Source: Patescibacteria group bacterium (GTDB lineage Bacteria; Patescibacteriota; Microgenomatia; UBA12405). Taken from it: 64,000 nt of DNA. The notes beneath the pieces were generated by a model. That model made no database searches. It worked only from the letters and a program-made list of their open reading frames with translations, and had not been told where the DNA came from. The stretch spans positions 28,565 through 92,564 of the forward strand of contig JBMNON010000003.1 in assembly GCA_050943115.1 (NCBI GenBank), in the 5' to 3' direction. The translations under genes and the position numbers were made by a program. Each line of letters begins with the position of its first letter. Within the stretch, counting starts at the first letter, position 1. Shown here one piece after another: positions 10,315 to 20,525 of this stretch.

Positions 10315-10386
10315 TCCAGCGGGTAGGAGTCGAACCTACCTAAGACAGTTTTACAGACTGTTGCCTAACCGCTCGGCTACCGCTGG
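10315..10386 (-). tRNA. tRNA-Tyr(GTA), C1:G72, short variable loop
   Basis: CCAGCGG/CCGCTGG-A acceptor, ACAGT-CTGTAAA-ACTGT anticodon arm, GTAGG-TTCGACT-CCTAC T arm. Confidence 0.95.
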
Positions 10387-10445
10387 TGACAGAGAGAATT
10401 ATACCAAAATAGACAGAATCAAAAAAGAGTTATAATATAGGCCTA

Positions 10446-11180
10446 ATGGCAGTAGTAGAATTAGCAGGACGCCCTGTCATTCCGGTTGAACAAATAAGGG
10501 AAAGGGCACTTCTTTGCCCGGTAATTATTACGAGAAATAATCAATTACCTTTTGTCATGCAGGAATCGGAGCAGGTGGCTAACGGTGCTTTTAGCAGATG
10601 CTTTAAACATCAAGATGGGTGGGCGATAAAAATCCATGAGTACGCCGAAAATGGGATAAGTGAAATTGAGAGGGTGAAGGAAATACTTGGAATTGACAAG
10701 CAAGAATATGAACAACTAAGAAAAGGGCGACTGGGTGAGTATGCGACAGAAACTTCATTTATCATTGGAAGAGGTCCAGGTGGAAATGTAGCAGAAATTC
10801 AGGTCCAACCGTGGGTTGAAGGAAGAGTCCTGGGAGAAATGGATGTATCAGAGATATGGTCTAATAGGGCGATATTAACAGAAATAAGGGAGTTTGGTGT
10901 AAGCCTAATTTTGGACGGAACAAGGACTGGAAGGTTTACTGACTATATGGGGTTTAACGTCAGGAAGGATTGTGGTTTCACAACAAAGATTAGGGCAAGG
11001 TCACTACTAGCTTCCCGCAATCTAATTTGGGATGGGACAAGGTTACATCTAATTGATGTCACGAACCATACTTGGCAGAAAAGCAAAAGACTTAGCCAAA
11101 TTAAGCATAACCTGGCAATCATATTTTGTGTGACAAAAGATTTGATCAGAATTAATAGAAGATTAAAACAAATGGCTTAA
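10446..11180 (+). CDS. hypothetical protein, probable atypical kinase-like fold
   Basis: NGAFSRC, WAIK, QPWVEG, D...RNLIW, LHLIDV in kinase order. Confidence 0.55.
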   Translation: MAVVELAGRPVIPVEQIRERALLCPVIITRNNQLPFVMQESEQVANGAFSRCFKHQDGWAIKIHEYAENGISEIERVKEILGIDKQEYEQLRKGRLGEYATETSFIIGRGPGGNVAEIQVQPWVEGRVLGEMDVSEIWSNRAILTEIREFGVSLILDGTRTGRFTDYMGFNVRKDCGFTTKIRARSLLASRNLIWDGTRLHLIDVTNHTWQKSKRLSQIKHNLAIIFCVTKDLIRINRRLKQMA

Positions 11181-11213
11181 TTGTTTAAAGGCGACAATCG
11201 GTTATTATTAGAT

Positions 11214-11663
11214 ATGCAACAAATAAGATTTGATGACCTAGAAGAAAAGATAAGGGATGAAATTAAGACAGCTGAAGAATCGGCGGATTGGGCTTTCCCA
11301 AGAGGGCGAGATGTAAAGATCGGAGCGGTGCTGGTGGCTGAAAACGGTAAAAGGTATACCGGAGCAAATATCGCCAGGGAAAGGTTCAATAACAGTACGT
11401 GTGCCGAAAGAATGGCAGTGGACAAGGCTTTAAATGATGGGGTTGCGAAGATAGAAAGAATTGTGGTGATCGGGGTGAACGACAGTAAGCCCTTTGAAGA
11501 AGTAGTGGCGCCTTGCGGTGCCTGCAGACAGATAATCTTTGATGCTCTAAAAGAACTGAGGCAGGAAGACACCGAGCTAATTTTAGTTAACAGCAACAAG
11601 AGTAAAATTGTCAGGGCAAACTTAAGCGAGCTGCTGCCTTTTGCCTATGAAAGCTCCCGGTGA
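11214..11663 (+). CDS. cdd: cytidine deaminase (tetrameric, Cys-liganded type)
   Basis: TGANI, TCAER, APCGACRQ, ELLPFA. Confidence 0.9.
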   Translation: MQQIRFDDLEEKIRDEIKTAEESADWAFPRGRDVKIGAVLVAENGKRYTGANIARERFNNSTCAERMAVDKALNDGVAKIERIVVIGVNDSKPFEEVVAPCGACRQIIFDALKELRQEDTELILVNSNKSKIVRANLSELLPFAYESSR

Positions 11664-11664
11664 C

Positions 11665-12438
11665 TTATTCGATACCCCAGAGAATTGACAGATTGGCTGA
11701 TATGTTGAGTTCTCCAGGAGATATTTGAGAACCACTACCGATTGATTCATCCAATGCTTTGAACTCGGCCACGTTGGTATAACGAGGCAAGGGTGCGATA
11801 TCATAGCTACTGTCAGAAATTGAAATGGGCTTAGTAAGTTTCACCTTGGATAATTTGGAAAGCTCCTCAGCTTTTTGCTTGGCTTTATTGAAGGCCAGCT
11901 CCCTAGCCTGAGAAAAAAGTTCGGTTTTATCTTCAATATCAAAACTAATACCGTTCATTTGGACATTATCGATGACAGAAATTTCATCAATAATTTTGGA
12001 GGCTTTTTCAGCTTTGGCATCAATTTTTTTAATTTTAATTTCCAGAGATTGAGATGCTCTTTGGCCAACGACCCTTCGGGCTGAACCGGAATAATCATAC
12101 TCAGTCCGGATACTAAGGTTGTCAGTGGTGATATCGGATTCGGGGATACCGTTATTCTTCAGTACAGTCATTACAGAAGCAATTTTTTCGTTGACTTTAG
12201 TCAAAGCCGCCTGGCTGGTGGGGGCTGTTTCCTGAAAACCAATATTAACCCGAACCATGTCAGGTTTGGCGGCTACCCGGCCATCGCCAGTAACTGAAAT
12301 GGTATTGGAAACCTTGCCATTGGATTCGACTCCGCCGGTGTTTTTGATATAAATACCGGTTTTGGATATCAGAAAGGCTGAAACAATTAGGGCTAAAGAA
12401 ACAATAATAAAGGGGGTAAGCGTATTTTTGTTTTCCAT
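11665..12438 (-). CDS. SIMPL (DUF541) domain protein
   Basis: ISVTGDGRVAAKPD, ARELAFNKAKQKAEEL, ISPGE. Confidence 0.9.
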   Translation of the reverse strand: MENKNTLTPFIIVSLALIVSAFLISKTGIYIKNTGGVESNGKVSNTISVTGDGRVAAKPDMVRVNIGFQETAPTSQAALTKVNEKIASVMTVLKNNGIPESDITTDNLSIRTEYDYSGSARRVVGQRASQSLEIKIKKIDAKAEKASKIIDEISVIDNVQMNGISFDIEDKTELFSQARELAFNKAKQKAEELSKLSKVKLTKPISISDSSYDIAPLPRYTNVAEFKALDESIGSGSQISPGELNISANLSILWGIE

Positions 12439-12474
12439 GAAACCAGTTTACTACTGATAAAATGAATAATAAAG

Positions 12475-13239
12475 ATGAGGATCGTTTCCTGGAACATAAA
12501 CGGAATAAGAGCAGCAGCCAAGAAAGGCTTGGGGAAGTTCATGAAACAGGACGGAGCGGATATTTTTTGTTTTCAAGAGGTCAAAGCCAAGGCCGAACAG
12601 GTACCAATGGGTTCAAATTTCCCAAGCGATTATTATAGTTATTGGAATCCCGCAGACAAACCGGGTTATTCCGGAGTAGCTACTTATAGCCGAATTGAAC
12701 CAAAAGTGATAATTAACGGAATGGACAGACAGGAGTTTGATAAAGAAGGCCGGGTGCTGGCGACAAAGTTTGCTGAGTTTACTTTACTTAATGTATATTT
12801 CCCAAACGGGAAAAGCGGCAGAGAGCGGCTTTTTTATAAAATGGACTTTTATGATTACTTCTTGAAATTCATAAATAAACTGAGAGATAGCGGGGAGAAA
12901 ATAGTATTCCTCGGTGATGTCAATACCGCTCACAGGGAAATTGATTTGGCAAGACCCAAGGAAAACGAAAATGTTTCCGGATTCCTCCCGGAAGAGAGAC
13001 GGTGGATTGACAAGGTGGTTGGTGAGGGATACGTAGATACCTTTAGGGAATTACACGGAGGCCAAGAGAAGTATACCTGGTGGAGTCAAAGGAGCAAAGC
13101 AAGGATAAGGAATGTAGGCTGGAGAATTGATTATGTCTTTGTGGATAAAAGCTTGATGCCGAAGGTAAAAGAGGCTTTTATCCTGGATGCGGTGGAGGGC
13201 TCGGACCATTGTCCCATAGGAATTGAAATTGAATTTTAG
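12475..13239 (+). CDS. xth: exodeoxyribonuclease III
   Basis: SWNINGIRA, QEVK, GYSGVA, GDVNTAH, GWRIDY, GSDHCP. Confidence 0.95.
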   Translation: MRIVSWNINGIRAAAKKGLGKFMKQDGADIFCFQEVKAKAEQVPMGSNFPSDYYSYWNPADKPGYSGVATYSRIEPKVIINGMDRQEFDKEGRVLATKFAEFTLLNVYFPNGKSGRERLFYKMDFYDYFLKFINKLRDSGEKIVFLGDVNTAHREIDLARPKENENVSGFLPEERRWIDKVVGEGYVDTFRELHGGQEKYTWWSQRSKARIRNVGWRIDYVFVDKSLMPKVKEAFILDAVEGSDHCPIGIEIEF

Positions 13240-13934
13240 GGTTTAAGGATAAAATTTTTTTTACCCTGGGAAGACAACCAACGATTGTTGGTTTTGTAAC
13301 TAGGGTCATACTCCCCTAACTTTTGGTAAAATTTTGGAGAATGGTTTTTTACTTCAAGATGAGTTAACTCATGAAGGAGAAGGTGGCGGAATTTATCAAG
13401 AGGAAAAAATATTACCTGCCAATTGAAATTCAAACTATTGTGAGAAGAACAAGAACCAAAACGAGTACGCTGATTCCTGACGGAGACGCGTTTATAATAA
13501 AAACCGTAATGAGAAGCAAGAAGTTGAAGATGATACCTTATTAAGGAAAGGGAAATTTTTCTAAATTCTTTTTCAAACAGAGTTTTCAAATGTAATTCAG
13601 AGAAGCGGGAGGAATACAAGTAAATTTTGTGTTCATTTCTATTTATTATTACTGACTCCTTGGTAGATTTTGTGATTATGAATTGATACTTATCACCAAG
13701 AATACTAAGACTTTTGAGAGACTTGAGTGAGGGATACTCAGTAATTTTTTGGGAATTTTTCAAGATCCAATTGGAATTTTGAGAAATAAAGCGGTTGAGA
13801 AAAAACTGAGGAGTCAGGTGAGGACAAGTAATTTCAAAACTTTGACGAGAGTTGAGTTTTAGACGGATTGAATTTATGGATTTTCGCTTGAGGGAATATT
13901 TAAAAGTCTTATCCCCTATTTGAACTGTGTTCAT
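13236..13934 (-). CDS. YgjP/DUF45-like metallopeptidase-fold protein
   Basis: QRTRFGSCS, LNFNW, HELTHL, NHSPKFY. Confidence 0.85.
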   Translation of the reverse strand: MNTVQIGDKTFKYSLKRKSINSIRLKLNSRQSFEITCPHLTPQFFLNRFISQNSNWILKNSQKITEYPSLKSLKSLSILGDKYQFIITKSTKESVIINRNEHKIYLYSSRFSELHLKTLFEKEFRKISLSLIRYHLQLLASHYGFYYKRVSVRNQRTRFGSCSSHNSLNFNWQVIFFPLDKFRHLLLHELTHLEVKNHSPKFYQKLGEYDPSYKTNNRWLSSQGKKNFILKP

Positions 13935-13971
13935 TTTGATTATTTTAAAGCAAGTGGTTTACAATTATCTT

Positions 13972-14418
13972 ATGAAAATGGTGTATTTGGGTGCAGACCA
14001 TAGAGGTTTTAAGCTAAAGGAAATAATTAAAGATAAACTCAGAGAATGGGACTATGACGTAGTTGACTTGGGCAATAAAAGCTATGAAAAAGACGATGAT
14101 TATTCCGATTATTCCCTGGCTGTAGCCGAAAAAACCGCTTCGGGAAGGGAGACGGGAGTACTTGTTTGCGGATCGGGGGTTGGGGTGTGTATGGCGGCAA
14201 ACAAGGTTAAGGGGGTAAGAGCGGGAATGGGTTTAACTGAAAGGCAAGTGAGGGTTGCCCGAGAGGATGATGATATTAATGTTTTGTGCTTAAGTTCTGA
14301 TTTCGTGAACGAAGAAGAAAACTTGGAGATGGTAAAAGTGTTTTTGGAAACTCCCTTTTCTTCTGAAGAAAAGCATATCAGAAGAATTAATAAAATTAAG
14401 GAATATGAAAGCTCTTAG
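13972..14418 (+). CDS. rpiB: ribose-5-phosphate isomerase B
   Basis: GADHRGF, DDDYSD, CGSGVG, ANKVKGVRA. Confidence 0.9.
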   Translation: MKMVYLGADHRGFKLKEIIKDKLREWDYDVVDLGNKSYEKDDDYSDYSLAVAEKTASGRETGVLVCGSGVGVCMAANKVKGVRAGMGLTERQVRVAREDDDINVLCLSSDFVNEEENLEMVKVFLETPFSSEEKHIRRINKIKEYESS

Positions 14419-15424
14419 ATCGGTTGAAAATATCGGAAGCAATATGAATGTAGTCTTAAGGATTGATAGTGACTTGCCAATGAACGAGGGGGTAGTGCTA
14501 GATAATAGTAGAATAAAAAAGTCGCTTAATACAATAAAATTATTGTTAGGAAAAGAAAACAAATTAATTATATTGGGACATTTGGGAAGGCCTAAAGGAC
14601 GAGATAAGGAGTGTTCACTGAAACCGGTGTATTTGGAGTTAATGAGCCTGCTTGAACCCGACGGAGAGGACCTGGTAAAAAGCGTGTTCGTAGAAAAGAT
14701 AGACAAAAATCTGATTGATGAAAAACTGCAAAGCAACCAACTGGTGTTCGTGGAGAATGTCAGGTTTTGGGAAGAGGAAGAAAAGGGTGAATTTAAGTTT
14801 TTGGAACCGATTATTCAACTGGCACAGGCTTATGTTAATGACGCATTTGCAGTAGCTCACCGGAAAAACGCTTCAACAATGCTTTTCAAAAAAATAAAGG
14901 GATATTACGGTTTAAGTTTTGTGGAGGAAACAGAAAAAATATTGAGGGTAATACAAAACCCGGAAAGGCCATTGACAGTGGTTTTGGGAGGAGCAAAAAA
15001 AGATAAATTGGGTTATTTGCCAAATTTAGAGAAAATTGCAGACAATATTCTTGTCGGTGGTAAATTACCGGATTATATCAGCAAAGAATTTGAGAGCGAG
15101 AAGGTTGTGGTGGGAGAATTCGATGAGAGCGGGCTGGATATAAGCCAGTCAACAATTGATAGATTTAAAGAATATATTTATAGTTCTAAAACTATTATTT
15201 GGGCCGGTGCCATGGGTTTTTACGAGTCAGAAAATGAGAGGAGAGGCACAGAGGCGATAGCCAGAGCCATAGCCGAAAGCGGGGCTTACTCGATCGTGGC
15301 AGGAGGTGACACAACAGCATCCATTGCTAGTTTGGGGTTAAAAGAGAGGGTAAATTTTGTAGCCTCAGGCGGAGGTGTAATGCTGGAATTGCTTACAAAA
15401 GGCACTTTACCAACTTGGGAGTAA
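14405..15424 (+). CDS. pgk: phosphoglycerate kinase (compact)
   Basis: GHLGRP, ENVRF, NDAFAVAHR, LGGAK, AGGDT, SGGG. Confidence 0.9.
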   Translation: MKALRSVENIGSNMNVVLRIDSDLPMNEGVVLDNSRIKKSLNTIKLLLGKENKLIILGHLGRPKGRDKECSLKPVYLELMSLLEPDGEDLVKSVFVEKIDKNLIDEKLQSNQLVFVENVRFWEEEEKGEFKFLEPIIQLAQAYVNDAFAVAHRKNASTMLFKKIKGYYGLSFVEETEKILRVIQNPERPLTVVLGGAKKDKLGYLPNLEKIADNILVGGKLPDYISKEFESEKVVVGEFDESGLDISQSTIDRFKEYIYSSKTIIWAGAMGFYESENERRGTEAIARAIAESGAYSIVAGGDTTASIASLGLKERVNFVASGGGVMLELLTKGTLPTWE

Positions 15425-15449
15425 TGGATTATTAGTTTAATATGAAGTT

Positions 15450-16490
15450 ATGAGAAAAAATAAAAGAAAAACCAGAATCGCAATTAATGGGTTTGGGAGA
15501 ATAGGGACGGTGGCCTTGAGAGCTATATTGATGGAAAAGTATGATGTTGAAGTGGTAGCAATAAATACAACCGGAGCTTTTGGTATCGATGATATAGCTT
15601 TTCAATTCAAGTACGATTCTGTTTACGGAAGAATCCCCTATAAAGTCGAAGGAAAAGACCCGGAAAAAGGAGCCGAGATCGGAAGACTGACGGTGGGCAG
15701 TAACGAGATACCGGTATTGGGAGAAATGAACCCAGTAAAAATACCTTGGAAAAGATACGATGTGGACGTTGTACTGGAATGTACAGGGGCATTTACCGAC
15801 AAGAAAGCTGAAGCGCATTTAAAGGCCGGTGCCAAAAAGGTGGTAATTTCAGCACCACCCAAAGACGCTTCAATACCCATTTTTATTCTGGGAGTAAATG
15901 AAAAAGAATATAAAGGGGAAAAGTTAGTATCAAATGGTTCTTGCACCACTAATTGCGTTGCCGGAATTGTCAAGTTAATTGACGAGAAAATCGGTTTTCA
16001 AGAAGGAGTACTGACGACAATCCATGCATATACAAGCAACCAAAATATCGTAGATGGAATCAGCAAAGACCCAAGACGGGCTAGAGCTGCAGCCATTAAC
16101 ATTGTACCGACGTCAACGGGAGCAGCCGATTCGGTAGTGGCCGCCTACCCTGAGGCGAAAGGTAGGTTTTCGGGGACTGCCATAAGAGTACCGGTAGTAT
16201 GCGGATCGTATTCAGATCTGACTTTTAAGCTAGTCAGGAGAGTCAGCGTTGAAGAAATTAATACAATATTCGAAGAGGCTAGTGTGTCGACGGAAATGGT
16301 GGGAAAAATGAAAGTATCTTATGAACCTTTAGTATCCTCCGATATCATCGGCAACAACGCTTCCTGCATCATCGATACCCGAATGACAAAAGTGGTCTCC
16401 GATGACATGGTGTCAATAGGTGCGTGGTACGATAATGAATATGGCTACAGCTGCCGTTTAGTTGAAATGGCCTGCCACATAAGTAAATAA
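15450..16490 (+). CDS. gap: glyceraldehyde-3-phosphate dehydrogenase
   Basis: INGFGRIG, SNGSCTTNC, WYDNEYGY. Confidence 0.97.
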   Translation: MRKNKRKTRIAINGFGRIGTVALRAILMEKYDVEVVAINTTGAFGIDDIAFQFKYDSVYGRIPYKVEGKDPEKGAEIGRLTVGSNEIPVLGEMNPVKIPWKRYDVDVVLECTGAFTDKKAEAHLKAGAKKVVISAPPKDASIPIFILGVNEKEYKGEKLVSNGSCTTNCVAGIVKLIDEKIGFQEGVLTTIHAYTSNQNIVDGISKDPRRARAAAINIVPTSTGAADSVVAAYPEAKGRFSGTAIRVPVVCGSYSDLTFKLVRRVSVEEINTIFEEASVSTEMVGKMKVSYEPLVSSDIIGNNASCIIDTRMTKVVSDDMVSIGAWYDNEYGYSCRLVEMACHISK

Positions 16491-16491
16491 A

Positions 16492-17130
16492 ATGGAAATA
16501 ATTCCCACAATCCTTAATAAAGAATTCGAAGGAGCCGAAACAAAAATAAGTCTTATAGATGGTTTGAGTAAGTGGGTCCAAATTGATGTTGTGGACGGAT
16601 ATTTTACGCAGGGAAAAACCTTTGAGCTGGAGCTATTAAGCAAGTTACCGGAAGCCCAGCAATTGCTGTGGGATGTCCATTTGATGGTTAAAGAACCGGA
16701 AAAATGGATAGAAAAGTGTTTGTTTATTGGAGGAATAAGGGTAATCGGACAGGTAGAGTTAATGTCAAACAGAGAATCTTTTGTGAATAAAGTAAAAGAT
16801 GCAGGCATGGAGGCAGGAGTGGCCTTTGATGTTGAAACAGAAGTTGGAGATATTCCTAGTGAAACAGACGTGGTTCTTTTGATGGCCAGAAAAGCCGGAT
16901 TCGGAAATTTTGAAACCGACAGAAGAGTCTTTGAAAAAATAAAGAAGCTGCAGATAATCAGAGACGAAGGAAATTACAAATTCAAGATCGGTATTGATGG
17001 CGGTGTAGACCTCGGGAACATAAAATTTTTCAAGAAAACCAACGTAGACATAGTTTACATAGGAGGAGCTATTTTTAACGGGGATGTTGAAGAGAACTGG
17101 AATAAGTTACAATTAACAAATGATTTCTAA
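16492..17130 (+). CDS. rpe: ribulose-phosphate 3-epimerase
   Basis: IDVVDGYF, DVHLMV, GIDGGV. Confidence 0.85.
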   Translation: MEIIPTILNKEFEGAETKISLIDGLSKWVQIDVVDGYFTQGKTFELELLSKLPEAQQLLWDVHLMVKEPEKWIEKCLFIGGIRVIGQVELMSNRESFVNKVKDAGMEAGVAFDVETEVGDIPSETDVVLLMARKAGFGNFETDRRVFEKIKKLQIIRDEGNYKFKIGIDGGVDLGNIKFFKKTNVDIVYIGGAIFNGDVEENWNKLQLTNDF

Positions 17131-17728
17131 AACAAATAAAGTTATTAAAAGGGTGGCTTTTTTCGGAGACGCAGCAGCCAAGGAAACGGACGAACACTAT
17201 ATGCTGGCATATGAAACAGCTAAGTTACTGGCAGAGCATAGGTATATAATTGTTAACGGCGGCGGACCGGGAGTAATGTTTGCATCTACTATGGGGGCAA
17301 AGAGCGTGGGGGGGGAAGTTGAGTTGGTAGTGCTGGATAAAAACGAGGAACCGGATAACTACGAAGGTCAGCACATGATTAATTTATCCTTGGCCGATAA
17401 GGTGATTAACACTGAAAATTACCAAAGAAGATTGGAGAAGCTGGTTGAGGTAGCAGATGCATTTATCATCTTTAAAGGAGGAACGGGTACTTTATCCGAA
17501 GTCGGTCTAACATGGGAAATGGCGAAGTTTGAGTACGGTAATCACGAACCGTTAGTATTTGTTGGTAGATGTTGGAATAATATTGTCAAGGGGATTATTA
17601 AGGATCTGGATTTGGAAGTAATCGAGCAAAGGGTGGTGGAAGTAGTGGAGGGGCCAAAAGATGTCCTGAAAGTATTAAAAAGGGTGGCCGCAAAAGTTAA
17701 GGCGACATCAGGCGGGGTTGAGAATTAG
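17120..17728 (+). CDS. LOG family (lysine decarboxylase-like) protein
   Basis: NGGGPGVM, FKGGTGTLSE. Confidence 0.85.
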   Translation: MISKTNKVIKRVAFFGDAAAKETDEHYMLAYETAKLLAEHRYIIVNGGGPGVMFASTMGAKSVGGEVELVVLDKNEEPDNYEGQHMINLSLADKVINTENYQRRLEKLVEVADAFIIFKGGTGTLSEVGLTWEMAKFEYGNHEPLVFVGRCWNNIVKGIIKDLDLEVIEQRVVEVVEGPKDVLKVLKRVAAKVKATSGGVEN

Positions 17729-18665
17729 CTACAATTTCAATAGGATAGAGCTCTTGGGCAAGCACTTTATCTTTTGTGAGGGTTAAGCGGGCTATTTGAG
17801 AGTGAGAGGTTTCATAGGACCAGCTTTGGTCAAAAATAAAGTTGCCAAAAGAGTAATATATTAGTTTGTCTTTATAAACTTCAGGCTCCTGCCAGACATG
17901 GGGGTGATGACCGTGAATAATGTCAACTCCGGCATCGATTAGTTCTTTGGCAAAGTTTTGACGCCAGGATTCAGGAGAGGGCAAATACTCATTACCCCAG
18001 TGAAGAGAGACGACCAGCCAATCTACCTGATTGTCGTAGAGCCTGGCTTTATCCAAGACCGTATTGCGATCATACTGAGGATAAGTAACAAAATCATAGC
18101 CTAAAAAACCAAAGGTGATGCCGTTTATGGTCCTGGTAATAAACTCGGTGTCAGGGGAATGAGAATAAACAAAGGGAATTTCATTTTGGTTTAGATAGTC
18201 TTTTGTCTGCCGAAGGCCATCGTTGCCATAGTTGAGAATGTGATTGTTGGACAAATTAAAATAAAATTTATTGGACTTAAGATGAGGTAAAAATCGGGTG
18301 TCGCCGCAAAAGGTAAAAGTGCCTGTGGGTCCATGTGGACAATCTTTGATAACGGGGCTTTCAAGATTGGCCAGGTTAAAGTCGTTTTGACTCAGCCAAG
18401 AGGTAGCTTCTTGGAAGCTCCAAGAGAAATCGTCCTTTTGACGTGCGGTTGAAGTGATATGGCGACCTAAGCCCAGATCACCAAGCAAACCAACAGTGAC
18501 GGTTGCGGGGGTAGGGGTAGGAGAAGGGGGGTTGGTGGGGCTTCGAGGATCTGAACTTAGAGGTGAATGGACCAAGGGCGGAGGTGTCAGAAAAGATAAA
18601 AGGATTACATAAACAACAGTAAGAAGAACAAGAATTGCAGTAACTTTTAAAAATATTTTCGACAT
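17697..18665 (-). CDS. CapA/PgsA family metallophosphoesterase
   Basis: GDLGLGR, ANLESP, SNNHILNYG, HWGNEY, GHHPHV, YSFGNFIFDQ. Confidence 0.9.
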   Translation of the reverse strand: MSKIFLKVTAILVLLTVVYVILLSFLTPPPLVHSPLSSDPRSPTNPPSPTPTPATVTVGLLGDLGLGRHITSTARQKDDFSWSFQEATSWLSQNDFNLANLESPVIKDCPHGPTGTFTFCGDTRFLPHLKSNKFYFNLSNNHILNYGNDGLRQTKDYLNQNEIPFVYSHSPDTEFITRTINGITFGFLGYDFVTYPQYDRNTVLDKARLYDNQVDWLVVSLHWGNEYLPSPESWRQNFAKELIDAGVDIIHGHHPHVWQEPEVYKDKLIYYSFGNFIFDQSWSYETSHSQIARLTLTKDKVLAQELYPIEIVANSQPRLMSP

Positions 18666-18694
18666 AAGGTATTACTTTATTATAAAATAGGAAC

Positions 18695-19498
18695 ATGCTA
18701 AAAAGGATGGGATTAATTGTTGCAGCAGCCCTGGTATTGGGAGGATGCAGTCTTATCCCCCAAAAATCCGGTGTGGAAATCATGAGTTACCCAGTGGCAA
18801 AAGTATATTTAGACGGCAAGGAAGCAGGAATGACTCCCTACAAAAATTCATCTTTATTGCCGGGAAGTACAGAGGTAAGATTGTTGTCACAGGATGGAGA
18901 ATGGACTAGAATACTAGATTTAAAGAACAATGTGAATACGGTGGTAGACTGGGAGCTGAGCAAGAATGATAAGCTGGAAGGTGGCTATGTGTTGTTTTTA
19001 GAAAAAACCGGAGATAGCAATAAGGCCGGCCTTTTAGTAAACGCCTTGCCAAATAAATGCGCTGTGGCCATTGACGGAGAGATTAAGGGCTACTCCCCTA
19101 TTCGGATTGAGGATATAAATGAAGGGGACAGGCAGGTAACAATTTCTTACCCAGGATATAAGAGCGTAAATGTTTTTGTAAAGGCGATCAGGGGATATCA
19201 GCTGGTAATTGATAGCAAGTTAGCCATGGAGGAGGTGTCAATTACAGAAACACCAGATGTAAAAGAAGAAATTGTCGATACATTACAAACAGGCAAAAAG
19301 GTGGTGATTAAAGAAACCGGAACAGGGTGGTTGAGGGTGAGAGACGGGGCTTCTAATGAAGCTACCGAGATAGGCAGAGTGAGTCCCGGTGAAAGCTTTA
19401 ACTTACTTGAAGAAACCGAAGAGTGGTACAAGATTGAACTTGGCGATAGTGATGAAGGCTGGATATCGGCTAAGTACGCCGAGATATCTGAAGAATAG
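18695..19498 (+). CDS. PEGA + SH3 domain lipoprotein
   Basis: Lipobox LGGC, VYLDGKEAGMTP, GWLRVR...GWISAKY. Confidence 0.85.
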   Translation: MLKRMGLIVAAALVLGGCSLIPQKSGVEIMSYPVAKVYLDGKEAGMTPYKNSSLLPGSTEVRLLSQDGEWTRILDLKNNVNTVVDWELSKNDKLEGGYVLFLEKTGDSNKAGLLVNALPNKCAVAIDGEIKGYSPIRIEDINEGDRQVTISYPGYKSVNVFVKAIRGYQLVIDSKLAMEEVSITETPDVKEEIVDTLQTGKKVVIKETGTGWLRVRDGASNEATEIGRVSPGESFNLLEETEEWYKIELGDSDEGWISAKYAEISEE

Positions 19499-20525
19499 AC
19501 AAAAAGAAAAGAATAGCCAAACCCAGAAAAACATAAAACTTTTGCTGACTGTTGAGAAAAAGGGAAACCAATCCAAGTAAAAGAGTGATAGACCAATAAA
19601 ATAAGGAGATTTGAGGCCGAGACCAGCCAATTTTTAAGAGTTGATGGTGAAGATGGCTAGCGTCGGAATGAAATATGGATTTTCCGTTTTTTAACCTTTT
19701 AAAGATAACCCAAATGGCATCGAGCATCGGTATTCCAAGAAGGAGAACCAATGTGGCCAATTTAGCTCCGGAAAGGATAGAAAGAACGGAAAGATAGAAA
19801 CCAGCCAGACTTTTGCCGCTATAGCCGGGCATGACCGACTGCGGATAAAAGTTAAAGGGAAGAAAACCTAAATAAGAACCAGCAACGGCACCAGCAAGAA
19901 TTATAACAGGCCACTGGGTAATATCGGAAGAATAGCGTAAACCCAATATTCCAATGAAGACGGCGGCAATAGAAACAAAGCCGGGGAGTTGGCCTTCAAC
20001 ACCAGCAGCCCAACCAACCGTATTCATGCACCAAGTAATCCAAAATACGCCCAAAAGAGCAGGAATGAGCCAAATAGAAGAATTGCCAAAGATTCCCACG
20101 TCAATGTTGATAAAAGACAAATCCAACACTCCCCCAAAAGGGTTAGAAACGTAGGCAATACCTATGCCAACACCTACGACGAGAACAGAGGCCAAAATAT
20201 TAGTGCCTAAACGAAGCAACGGGCTGATGTCCTTGAGGTCATCCCAGAGGCCGACGAGAAGTGTTAGAAAAGAGGCAACAATTATGGCGGTAAGGTGGCG
20301 ATCAAGAGGAAGGAGCAGAATCGAGGTGATTAAAATACTAAAAAAGATAGGAAGTCCCCCTCCCCGAGGTACAGGGTTTAGTGCTGTAGCGTTTTGAGTT
20401 TTTTGATTTTTTTTGAGAGGATCCTCAAGCCAGTTCCTCGATACAAAGAAGTTGCGAAATAAGGGGGTTAAAATGAAACTGATAAAGCTCGACAATGCTA
20501 TGGATATCAGGAAAGTAAGATACAT
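19470..20525 (-). CDS. MraY/WecA family (GT4) polyprenyl-phosphate sugar-1-P transferase
   Basis: PRGGG, GLWDD, GFLPFNFYP, HLHH. Confidence 0.9.
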   Translation of the reverse strand: MYLTFLISIALSSFISFILTPLFRNFFVSRNWLEDPLKKNQKTQNATALNPVPRGGGLPIFFSILITSILLLPLDRHLTAIIVASFLTLLVGLWDDLKDISPLLRLGTNILASVLVVGVGIGIAYVSNPFGGVLDLSFINIDVGIFGNSSIWLIPALLGVFWITWCMNTVGWAAGVEGQLPGFVSIAAVFIGILGLRYSSDITQWPVIILAGAVAGSYLGFLPFNFYPQSVMPGYSGKSLAGFYLSVLSILSGAKLATLVLLLGIPMLDAIWVIFKRLKNGKSIFHSDASHLHHQLLKIGWSRPQISLFYWSITLLLGLVSLFLNSQQKFYVFLGLAILFFLSILQISRRT

